Part shown: positions 25,033 to 35,883 of the stretch, in pieces
Position numbering within the stretch: position 1 is the stretch's first letter
Layout: each line of letters opens with the position of its first letter
Assembly (NCBI RefSeq): GCF_001194135.2
Contig: NC_068997.1
Coordinates: 17,285,755-17,330,027, forward strand
Origin: Octopus bimaculoides
Taxonomy: Eukaryota
Direction: 5' to 3'
DNA length: 44,273 nucleotides
Notes under the pieces: generated by a model
Seen by the model: the letters and a program-made list of their open reading frames with translations, nothing else
What the model was told of the DNA's origin: nothing
Databases searched by the model: none
Made by a program: the position numbers and the translations under genes

Positions 25033-25804
25033 NNNNNNNNNNNNNNNNNNNNNNNNNNNNNNNNNNNNNNNNNNNNNNNNNNNNNNNNNNNNNNNNNNNN
25101 NNNNNNNNNNNNNNNNNNNNNNNNNNNNNNNNNNNNNNNNNNNNNNNNNNNNNNNNNNNNNNNNNNNNNNNNNNNNNNNNNNNNNNNNNNNNNNNNNNNN
25201 NNNNNNNNNNNNNNNNNNNNNNNNNNNNNNNNNNNNNNNNNNNNNNNNNNNNNNNNNNNNNNNNNNNNNNNNNNNNNNNNNNNNNNNNNNNNNNNNNNNN
25301 NNNNNNNNNNNNNNNNNNNNNNNNNNNNNNNNNNNNNNNNNATATATGGGAGAATATACGAAAAAACAGCAACAGACGAGGACAGGTGGTGTAAATAACA
25401 AAAGGATGTATTAGTATGACGCTCGGGAATACGGAAAGTCTTTGACGTTTCGAGCTACGCTCTTCAACAGAAAGAATACGGAGACAAGGAGAAAAACACG
25501 GAGAAAAAAAATTGAATAGTGTCCAGTCAACGGTCAACATGGATATATATTCGTATGCATTCCCACATGCATGTGCGACAAATGAATTGTTTCATAAATG
25601 TTGATCACAGTTTCAGTTCCGTCTCGATAAAATATATCCACACAATATATTTTCCGTAATTTTCTGAAACTCCTTACGATGTTATTCGTAACGAATATTT
25701 TTTGATTGTTCTTCCATTCTGTAAATTCACATAAAACTACCAAAATATCACTTTGTTGCACTCTCAAAATAGTTGCTAAATGCTTACGAATTTTTCCACT
25801 GCAC

Positions 25805-26032
25805 ATATTCTTTTCTACTCGAGGCACAAGACTCGACATTTTTTTTGGGGGGGGGAGGGGGATCCAGTCGATTAGATCGATCCCAGTACGCAACAGGTTC
25901 TTAATTATCTACCCCTTTAGTATGAAATGCAAAGTCGATCTCGGTGGAATTTGAACTGATAACGTAAAAACCAACGAAATGCCGCTAAGCATTTTGCCCG
26001 GCGTGCTAACTGTTCTGACAACTCACCGCCTT
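25805..26032 (-). mobile_element. SINE family C with type-II tail
   Basis: Full-length reverse complement of the C head, body and CCTTGTGCCTCGAGTAGAAAAGAAT-like tail. Confidence 0.88.
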
Positions 26033-26241
26033 GAAATTCTTAATTATTGAATTATAGATTAAGTTAACTGATTATTTTAATACTCTTGTGAGTGTACATC
26101 AATTGTTAATTGAAAATAGGGTGACATTACCAGTACCACTCATCTGACAAAATTCCAAATGAACCGTCGCCTATGACATTGTTTGGAAATGCGAAAAACA
26201 ATGGCGGAACGCTGTTGAATTGACCAAAATATTCCTATCAT

Positions 26242-26428
26242 AGCGCACGGGTGGCTCAGTAGTAAAAAGCTAGCTTCCCAACTGCATGGTTCCGGGTTCA
26301 CTCCCATTGCGAGGAATCTTGAAGAGCTGACTTCTGCTATAGCCGTGGGCCAACCAAAACCTTGTGAGTAGATTAGGTTGACGGAAACTGAAAGAATCCC
26401 GTCATGCGCGTGTGTGTGCGTGCGTGTG

Positions 26429-26472
<44 letters not shown>

Positions 26473-26615
26473 TGTGTGCCTGTGCTTGTCTCCCTCCACA
26501 AGATAGAATTAGTACCAGGCTTAAAAACAGTACTGGGGTCTGTACCCATTGGACAAAATATTCTTCAAGGCGGTGCCCTAGCATGGCTGCAGTCTAATGA
26601 CTAAAATAAATAAAA
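26242..26615 (+). mobile_element. SINE family B with internal microsatellite (about 26405-26480) and an internal deletion in the 3' half
   Basis: Aligns to 33714-34345 but lacks the AACCGATGCTGG...GAGACC segment. Confidence 0.85.
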
Positions 26616-27150
26616 TACAAAACTTAAAAGATGTGAATTACGTAACTATTCCATCAGTTTTGTGATTTACCTGCACTTAGAAATTATATTCTCTCTACGT
26701 GGACGCATGTTTATTAGGAACAAGAAAACAATTACATATATATGTACGCCAATGTCTTTAGCTATATCATGCATGTGTCTGAGAGAAAATAGCGCAAGGG
26801 AACATTTTTCATACTAAATAATATGATACGTATAAGATTTTGTTATTTCCTGCTGTGTAACAGAAAACTTCGATGAACCGAATTCATTAATTATATACTC
26901 CCTCTACATTCCCATCATTTCTACTCATTGACTAACAGATCAAATGACTCTGAAAATGCCTGTAACTTTCATTGGCTAAGTTTAAGACTATATTCGTTTT
27001 CATGCTCTACTTTGGAAATATTCCCAAACTTTTAATCGTTGGATTGGAGTTCTATCCTTCCATTTAACTTTTAAGTTTCAGCAGCCGATATGTGTAATGG
27101 CGTATTGCACACTTTTTTCATCTACCTCACAAAAGAATTTCAGTTAATTC

Positions 27151-27312
27151 AATATTGATTTCAAATTCTGGCACAAAGCCAGCAATTTCGGGGAGGTGAT
27201 AAGTTGATTACATCGACCCCAGCACCCATATGGTACCTACTGTATCGACCCCGAAGGCATGAAAGGAATTTGAACTGAAAGGGTAACGACGGAAAAAATA
27301 CCGCAAAGTGAG
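27151..27312 (-). mobile_element. SINE family C, type-III tail, 5'-truncated
   Basis: AATATTGATTTCAAATTCTGGCACAAAGCCAGCAATTTCGGG...ATCGACCCCAG. Confidence 0.85.
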
Positions 27313-27747
27313 ATCACTGCCATCAAGTTTTACGCCATTTAATATCGGCTATATAGGTCTAGCATGGTTTACTATGCTTACATTATAAATTTTTAGAAAT
27401 CTCAAAAAATGTCTATTTTTACATTCTAATTAGATTCAATATTCCAATAATGCTGTACATCAGTAGTTCAATATATCTGTCCTTCATTAGTTGAATAATT
27501 ATCAATTTCACAATGATATCAGTGAAATCTCTAATACATACTACGATTATCATTTAACTTGGTACCCACCACCAAGTAATTTCTGCTTTTAATCCTTTCG
27601 GAATTGATAATACAAAGTATCAGCCAACACTCACGTTGATATAATCAATTTTTCTCCTTATAGCATAGTTGGTCCTTTGCCAAAGTTCATGACAATATAC
27701 GGTGTGCCGAGCTGACAGAATACTGGAGCTCAGAATGTTAGAATGTA

Positions 27748-27970
27748 AAGGCGGCGAGCTGGCAGAAGGGTTAGCTCGCCGGGCGAAATGCTTTGCGGTA
27801 TTTCGTCTGCCGTTACGTTCCGAGTTCAAATTCCGCCGAGGTCGACTTTGCCTTTCCTCCTTTCGGGGTCGATAAATTAAGTACCAGTTACGCATTGGGG
27901 TCGATGTAATCGACTTAATCCCTTTGTCTGTCCTTGCTTGTCCCCTCTATGTGGGCAATAAAAAAATAAG
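27748..27970 (+). mobile_element. SINE family C, near-consensus copy with type-I tail/linker
   Basis: AAGGCGGCGAGCTGGCAGAA...GAGTTCAAATTCCGCCGAGGTCGACTTTGCC...TAATCCCTTTGTCTGTCC...GTGGGCAATAAAAAAATAAG. Confidence 0.92.
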
Positions 27971-28130
27971 AATGTCAGAGTTCCGGAAAAACTGCTTTGC
28001 GGTAATTCTTTGAGAGTTTTGCTTTCTCAATGTAAATCCCACGCAGGTCACCTTTATCTTTCCTCCTATTGAGATCCATAAAATAAATTACTGGTCAGTA
28101 CTGGTCATTACTATTATCGACTCCAGTCTA
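27971..28130 (+). mobile_element. Strongly diverged family C unit abutting the previous copy
   Basis: TGCTTTGCGGTAATTC...GGTCACCTTTATCTTTCCTCCT...CATAAAATAAATTACT...ATCGACT loosely parallels the C body. Confidence 0.5.
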
Positions 28131-28256
28131 ATATTAGAGACAACAGATTCGACTAAGCCCCATCCCACAAAATAACTTGCATTGTACCTAAATCAGAAAC
28201 CTTCTCCCCCCCCACCCATATATATGAAGGACATATTTTTTGTATTGGGTTTATTC

Positions 28257-28436
28257 AATATTGATTTCAAATTTTGGCACAAAGCCAGAAATCTCAGGGA
28301 GCTGATAAGTCGATTACATCGACCCCAGCACTCAACTGCTACATATTGTATCGACTCCGAAGAGATGAAAGGCAAAGTCGACCTCAGCAGAATTTGAACT
28401 CAAAGCGGAAAGACGGACGAAATGCCGTAAAGCGAG
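28257..28436 (-). mobile_element. SINE family C, type-III tail, 5'-truncated
   Basis: Same structure and truncation point as 27151-27312. Confidence 0.87.
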
Positions 28437-28540
28437 CTCACGGCTATCAAGATTGACGCCATTCTATACTGACGATACAGGTCTAGCATTGTATTAGAAT
28501 ACATTATAAATGAATACATTCTCTTATTTAAAAAAAAAAA

Positions 28541-28718
28541 TTATTTTACTTATTTGACTGCGGTCATGCTGGAGCATCGCCTTAAAGAGTCTTTTTTAGT
28601 CGAAGGAATCGACTCCAGGATTTATTCTCTGTAAGCCTAATATTTGCTCTGTCGGTCACTTTTGCCGAACCGTTCCGTTACGAGGACGAGAACACACCTA
28701 AATCGGTTGTCAAGTGAT
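28541..28718 (-). mobile_element. SINE family B, 3' half
   Basis: TTTGACTGCGGTCATGCTGGAGCATCGCCTT...AATCGGTTGTCAAGTGATG. Confidence 0.85.
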
Positions 28719-29076
28719 GTGTGTAAATATTATATATTAACAATTCATATGTGCAAATATATATTTCTCTAGCAAATGAAATTTCGCAATAAAAGTGCAC
28801 GAAACCGTTATGATTTCAGATACTGTTAACAATGAATGTAAGAAAAAAATTGCCCTTTTTTTTCCCGTAGATGATATTAAGAAAATTCCTCGGATTTGCC
28901 CGGATTCTTGTACATGCATCGAATAAGTATATCTATTAATAACATCTATAATTCTAACGGACTTGTAATCGGTTTTAAAATCTATCCCCTACTCCCTATT
29001 TAACTGCTAAAATTTTGTTTACAAATGCATGTATGCATGTATGTATGTATGTAAACCTAGACACCTACACAAATAC

Positions 29077-29117
<41 letters not shown>

Positions 29118-29589
29118 GAGAGAGAGATATGTAAATATATANNNNNNNNNNNNNNNNNNNNNNNNNNNNNNNNNNNNNNNNNNNNNNNNNNNNNNNNNNN
29201 NNNNNNNNNNNNNNNNNNNNNNNNNNNNNNNNNNNNNNNNNNNNNNNNNNNNNNNNNNNNNNNNNNNNNNNNNNNNNNNNNNNNNNNNNNNNNNNNNNNN
29301 NNNNNNNNNNNNNNNNNNNNNNNNNNNNNNNNNNNNNNNNNNNNNNNNNNNNNNNNNNNNNNNNNNNNNNTATATATATGATATCGTTGTATAAGCAAAA
29401 ACTACTATTAATTGGGATGTTGTGATAAATTACAGCTGTCGATTTTTCGGTTGATGTGCTTGTCTATTCACAAATATCCGTTCCGAAATATTGCAGACAT
29501 AAAAATATAACTTGCATTAGGATATCTACACCTACGGAAATAAGTGATGCTATTGCTAGAACAAAACTACATTAGTTTTCCCCTTATAT

Positions 29590-30100
29590 AACCAACGTCA
29601 TCGTCATCATCACCATCAGCATTGTCGTCACAGTATCTGTCGTTTTTGTCATCATATTCATCGCCATTATCTTCGCCGTCGTCTTCATCATCATTGTTGT
29701 CCATCATGTTCTCCTCCACCCCTTTCCTCTTCTCGTCCGCTTCCTCCTTCTCTTTATCGTCATCATCATCATCATCGTCGTAGTCATCATCATCATCATC
29801 GTCGTCGACATTATCAGCATTGTCATCATTCTCTTGCTCCACCTCCTCCTAATCATCAACATCATCATCATCAACATCATCATCATCATCGTTGTCATCA
29901 TCATCATCTTTGTCATCATCATCATCTTTGTCATCATCATCATCAACATCATCATCATCATCGTTGTCATCATCATCATCTTTGTCATCATCATCATCTT
30001 TGTCATCATCATCATTTTATCCTCATCATAATCCACGCCTCCTCCTCCTCGTCATCATCACCATCATCATAATCATCATCATCATGATCATTATTGTCAG
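29590..30100. repeat. (ATC/GTC)n trinucleotide region with 18-bp and 72-bp higher-order periodicity
   Basis: AAC anchors at 29873 and 29945 show a 72-bp period. Confidence 0.92.
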
Positions 30101-30688
30101 AATCATTGTATTTGAAAATATTATTCAACATAGGCATAATGTTTGAAAAAGAATTTCCTCTATATTCTAACGATTAAAAATACTCATCACTAAAGCAAAA
30201 TTATAACATATCGCCACATAACTAGCGGATATGTTAAATACAACGAAAATAAACTCATTCCCAGTTTCATGAAACTGGAAATATTAAAAGAAATCGATCG
30301 AAAGCTATCGAAAGATAAGAAATGTCATTAGTACAATTTGCAGTGAATTTCGGTCATGAGTCGCTGCGAGAGACCCTGTGCTGTGAGTCACAGCTGGATT
30401 TGACCAGAAACTTTAATAAGGAGGGGAAGGGGAAAGCGTAATCCAATTTCCGTGACTGTGGAGAAGTCTAAAACCATGAGTCACTCTCTGCTTTGACCGT
30501 CTCTGGATTCTTCCTTATCGCTGTTTGTTGAATGGTGAGGGAATATATCCCAAAGAATCTGGAAGATTTCGCAAAAGATGGGAGCGAGTAGAAATAAACA
30601 TCAACCAATACTAGCAATAATAATGTTATCAATATGGATGATGTTGATACGTCTAATGATGATGATAATGGCGTTGGTGAAGACGATA

Positions 30689-30694
30689 TTATTA

Positions 30695-30789
<95 letters not shown>

Positions 30790-30851
30790 GGTGCCCCAGC
30801 ATGGCCACAGCTCATGAGTTGAAGCTAGATAAAATAAAATGAAATGAAAAT

Positions 30852-30925
<74 letters not shown>
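30689..30925. repeat. Two (ATT)n arrays sandwiching a family B tail fragment (30790-30850)
   Basis: GGTGCCCCAGCATGGCCACAGCTCATGAGTTGAA resembles B GGTGCTCCAGCATGGCCGCAGTCAAATGACTGAA. Confidence 0.85.
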
Positions 30926-31065
30926 GAGCTGGCAGAATCGTTAGCACGCAGGACTAAATGCTTAGCGGTATTTCGTCTGTCGCTACGTTCTGAGTTCAAA
31001 TTCCGCCGAGTTCGACTTTGACTTTCATCCTTTTTGGGGTCGATAAAATAAGTACCAGGTAAACA
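30926..31065 (+). mobile_element. SINE family C, tail lost
   Basis: GAGCTGGCAGAATCGTTAGC...GGGGTCGATAAAATAAGTACCAG. Confidence 0.9.
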
Positions 31066-31084
31066 CTCATTCCTTAATATTAAT

Positions 31085-31305
31085 GATCATTTCCAATATA
31101 GACACAATTCCTGCAAGTTCAGGGAAGGGAATGAGTCGATTACATCGTCCTCAATGTTCAACTGATGCTTATTTTATCGTTCACGATTTGATGAAATGCT
31201 ACGTCGACCTCGGCAGCATTTGAACTCAGAACATAAAGATGAACGAAATGTCGCCGCTAAGCATTTTGTTCGTCGTACCAACATTTCTTCCAGCTCTCCG
31301 CCTTA
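31085..31305 (-). mobile_element. SINE family C, diverged, type-III-like tail
   Basis: Reverse complement of the C head at 31230-31305 and AGTCGATTACATCG in the body. Confidence 0.8.
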
Positions 31306-33149
31306 AATAATGATAATAATACTACTACTACTAATAATAATAATTTCAATATTTCTTTTATTTTATTAACGATGAAATGCCACTTTTAATATTGTTAGTA
31401 AATAGATATTGAAAACTAAGAATTCTTCAAGTGAACACAAGTTTTATTTTTCTCTGTTAAATATTGCTGCTTCCAATGCAATTCTAATCCATACCCAATA
31501 TTAACCAAGTCAGTGAAATTGGATTTGTTCACGCTTAACAATGACTGAAACAGCCTGTTTCCAAAGATAGAGTACTTAAATGCTTTTTGATTCAGATCAT
31601 TACAGACATTTGCGGTTTGAGAGGGAAATATCTCATATAAATTAAAAGATAATTGTTGCAAGCAAAGCAATTTCGTTATTTAACTAATAGAATAGGGGCT
31701 TAGTATAAAGTTATACGGTGGAGTAGAGATTGTATTTCACACAATACCATTCTCATATAAGTTATTCATTCAGTGTGATTTCTAATTATCCGTATTCCTA
31801 TGGCTACTTGTGTATCTTTTATTGCTGCAGGGTTTGTCATTAATAAATATTTCGCACTGGTGCTGCTTTCTTCACGTTAGCCGCCGTATCATCAATAAAG
31901 ATAAGGAATCTAATGACATGGCTAAACCATAGTCGACTACTTTCAATTGGAGAACATAAATATTTTGTAATTAGCCAACCTAATGTCTTCCACATCACTA
32001 TGTTGTTCAATAAAACTTTGATTTAAGCCAATCAAAGTATCAGAAGATCTAATTCAAACTCGAAATATAGGTGATCAGAATATAATGGAAGAACAGTCTG
32101 GAATAGAAATGTAAGACATCACATTTTTTTATATATATATATATTTAATTCTGTAGCTGATTGCCACAGGCAAGTGAAGCAACAGAGAATTACACCACCT
32201 TACACCACAAACAACAACAAAACCCCAAAACAACCAACAAAAAAAAAGTAGAAAGAAAGAAAAAAGAGAACAGCAACACGATTCACAGGGAAACATATAG
32301 CAGTTTAGAAAGAATTGGCGTAACAGAAGATCAATGAAAATAGAGTCACGATATCTGGCAAGACTTAATATACCATAAGGAAACAATAGATGCAATGAAA
32401 GTAACCATCGATTCTACTAATAAAATTTCAAGCAAACAACAGACCTCTCGCTCAGTTCCTCGAAATGCTTGAAATAGCTGCCTAATCTTCCTCCAGTCCT
32501 GTCCTGCCAACTTAAGAAAGATAAAAGAACACGTTAGTATAGTAAGAAATATAAGATAATTACTCCAGAAAATAACAGAGCTCTCAAGCAGTTTCTTTAA
32601 ATGCTTGAAATAGCCGTCGAACATCTATCAGATCACACCATTTCACATTAAGAGTGAAGTGTACTCGCTGATTTAATTGCAAATATATAATTTGGATTAT
32701 TATGGAGAACTGCCGTTGGAAACATTTGAGCGAAAGCAAAGTAAGTCAGAACCGCCAAGGTACTGAAAGATGGGAGACGCTGTTGTAACAACAAGAGAAT
32801 AATCTTTTGGTGTGTTTGAAATTTCAGGTACATTTCACTCAAAAAATATTCTTCCATTTCGTTTCGAAATCTCAGAAAGAACAACATTGGATAGCGTAGC
32901 CTAAACGTATCTTTATCGAGAACAATCCAAATAGTCGTAACTAGAAAGCCTTTCGCCGTTTGACGTGTACAATCTTTTTAGAGTTGAGACAAATTAATAG
33001 CTATAATATCAACTACAAATGGAAAGATAACTTTATAGTCAATGGAAAAGAGAAGGAGGGCAAAGAAATATAGACGATAATATTTCGATCGTTCAATAAT
33101 GAATGGAATACGATTTTGATAAGCAGTGCTGATGAGTGTGTGAACATTC

Positions 33150-33450
33150 TCATTATCACCACTGTCAGGACGATGATGCTGACCGTGAGAGTGCGCATGA
33201 TGTTGCTACTGCTTATGATGACGATGATAAAGATGATGGTGATAATGATGATGGTGATGATGATGGTGACGACGACGAGTATGATGATAATGATGATGAT
33301 GACTGTGGTGATGGTAGATGGTGGTAGGTAGCGCTGTGGGGAACGTGACTGTGTTGTCGGTGTTGATGTTTATGGAGGTGGTATTGATGTTGATTATTGT
33401 TGATTATAGTGATCACCATAATAATTTTTTGTATGATGGTGATTATGGCC
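33150..33450. repeat. Degenerate (GAT/GGT)n trinucleotide tract
   Basis: Read directly from the sequence. Confidence 0.85.
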
Positions 33451-33713
33451 GTGACGATTGGGATTATACTGACCACATAGACATTGACAAATGTTTCTAC
33501 TCTCGCTTTTCAAGCTCGGAGTAACGAACGTAAATTCAGTGGAAGTCATACAACCGGGGACCGAAAACGTAGACAGAAACTGAACTCCGCGTGTTTCCGC
33601 TCTACTTATATGTGATACAATATTCCTCGTACGTGGAAAATGAAAATAAAAGAGACATCAAAAGCAAAATATCCCCCAACGAAACGCCAGTATATATCAA
33701 TATAATTCATATA

Positions 33714-34345
33714 GGGCGCAGGAGTGGTTGTGTGGTAAGTAGCTTGCTTACCAACCACATGGTTCCGGGTTCATTCCCACTGCGTGGCACCTTGGGCGCG
33801 TGTCTTCTACTATAGCCTCGGGCCGACCAAAGCCTTGTGAGTGGATTTGGTAGACGGAAACCGAAAGAAGCCCGTCGAATACATGCATATATATATATAT
33901 ATATANNNNNNNNNNNNNNNNNNNNNNNNNNNNNNNNNNNNNNNNNNNNNNNNNNNNNNNNNNNNNNNNNNNNNNNNNNNNNNNNNNNNNNNNNNNNNNN
34001 NNNNNNNNNNNNNNNNNNNNNNNNNNNNNNNNNNNNNNNNNNNNNNNNNNNNNNNNNNNNNNNNNNNNNNNNNNNNNNNNNNNNNNNNNNNNNNNNNNNN
34101 NNNNNNNNNNNNNNNNNNATATATGTGTGTATGTGTTTGTGTGTCTGTGCTTGTCTCCCCCCTCCCAACATCGCTTGACAACCGATGCTGGTGTGTTTAG
34201 GTCACCGTAACTTAGCGGTTCGGTAAAAGAGACCTATAGAATAAGTACTATGCTTCCAAAGAATAAGTCCTGGGGTCGATCTGCTCGACTAAAGGCCGTG
34301 TTCCAGCATGGCCGCAGTCAAATGACTGAAACAAGTAAAATAGTA
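33714..34345 (+). mobile_element. SINE family B, full length, with an assembly gap (about 33906-34118) inside its internal microsatellite
   Basis: tRNA-like head GGCGCAGGAGTGGTTGTGTGGTAAG...GGGTTCATTCCC, then AAGAAGCCCGTCG, (TA)n, the gap, (TG)n, the 3' half and an ACTGAAACAAGTAAAA tail. Confidence 0.92.
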
Positions 34346-34717
34346 AAATAGTATATGTGAATGTATACATGTATATCTTTATGCGTGGAGTAAGCTTCAT
34401 GTCTGAAAGTTTGCCTCATATTATATGAGCGTTTCTGAGTGTGAGCTTGTCTGTTAAGTTAGCTATTGGTTAATTCTACATGTAGTTTTCGTTCTAGTGA
34501 CTCCATCGGAAATAAGACATGTTTTCGATTCTGATCTAGGTACAAATTATCTGCAGCTATGCTCTAAGTATCCAATAACTCTCTAAACTATCAGCTGCCT
34601 TCTGTGAGATTGTATTATATACACTAGCATTAATCGATATTATTAGCTTGTTAAAACGACTCTCGAATTGCATTTGCACAAAGTGTACAGTACTTACAGC
34701 TTTCACTTAGCCAGACT

Positions 34718-34742
34718 TAACAATAATAATAATAACAACAAC

Positions 34743-34795
<53 letters not shown>

Positions 34796-34874
34796 TAATA
34801 ATAATAATGATAATGATAAGGATTATGATGATGGTGACGATAATGATAAGGATTATGATGATGGTGACGACGAC

Positions 34875-34917
<43 letters not shown>

Positions 34918-34950
34918 GTGGTGATGACGATGATAAAGAGGAACAAGATG
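34718..34950. repeat. (AAT)n to (GAT)n array with an exact 30-bp tandem duplication (34809-34868)
   Basis: GATAATGATAAGGATTATGATGATGGTGAC occurs twice. Confidence 0.92.
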
Positions 34951-35044
34951 ACAAGCAGTTACCGTCATTGTAGCGGCATAATATTTGTTGGAGTAGTTAT
35001 GCTAAATATACATTTAAAAATGTTTTTTAATTAAACACATTTAA

Positions 35045-35105
35045 AGACAAGGCCAACAGATTTGAAGGGAGGAAGATAATCGATACAATCACCCTAGTGT
35101 TTGAT
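35045..35105 (-). mobile_element. Family C type-III tail relic
   Basis: ACAAGGCCAACAGATTTGAAGGGAGG..AATCGATACAATCACCCTAG resembles minus-strand type-III tails. Confidence 0.5.
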
Positions 35106-35427
35106 TATTAGTCCATCAATAATATGCATGGTAGGTTCAACGGTTTGCAATAAAGAGACAACCACTGCCATACTCGCTGAGGAACAACATCCAGATACCA
35201 ATCATGATATCACGTGACCAATTGCACCCGTCTATCGGTAGCCATCTTGGACTTCTTGTCCATCGCCCTGACGAGAAAGGGCGCGTCAGGGTCTTTAAAA
35301 CTTGAAGTAACATGAAATCCGAATCAAACTGCTTTGAATAATGCATGTAACTCCTAATACATGTGCTGAGTGCACTTTCTTGCGCTTGTCCACGCACTCG
35401 TGTATGTGCGTGTGTGTNNNNNNNNNN

Positions 35428-35498
<71 letters not shown>

Positions 35499-35687
35499 GT
35501 TACGCTTTGAAGTGATGCACGATATCAGGGTTTTCGATTCAAGTGAGATATATCAAACTACTCCAAGTGCTTGTTAGAGTGGCCGCGTAAATGGAGTCAA
35601 AAGAGAATAATTTGTATTAACATGAAGTCATATAAGTTATGATAATGAAGTGAAGCACAATAAAATTATTATTTTGAAAGCATTTAT

Positions 35688-35883
35688 GGCGGCGAGCTGG
35701 AACAATCGTTAGTACTCCAGAAAAAGGATTAGCGGAATTTCATCCGTGTTTACGTTCTAAGTTCAAATTCCGTCCCCTTTTGGAGACTATAAATTAAATA
35801 TCAGTTTAGTGCTGGGGTCAATGTAATCAACTGCCTCCCTCCCCCAAAATTTCAGGCCTTGTACTTACAGTAGAAAGAATATT
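35688..35883 (+). mobile_element. SINE family C with type-II tail and internal deletion
   Basis: GGCGGCGAGCTGG...CCCCCAAAATTTCAGGCCTTGTAC..GTAGAAAGAATATT. Confidence 0.85.

Noticed and set aside
30430-30600. IPKNLE peptide upstream of (ATT)n, suggestive of an R4/Dong LINE C-terminus
   Set aside because: A six-residue match only; the flanking REL-endonuclease motifs are absent.
31416-31670. 84-aa minus-strand ORF with protein-like composition
   Set aside because: Non-ATG start, an in-frame stop just downstream of the nearest AG acceptor, and no recognisable motif. blastx would be needed to revive it.
33129-33135. Other CTGATGA words (33129, 42509, minus strand near 41620)
   Set aside because: No correctly placed GAAA or stems, so they are not hammerhead candidates.
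34809-34868. DKDYDDGDDD resembling a FLAG tag or acidic protein
   Set aside because: It is simply a 30-bp duplication within a (GAT)n tract.
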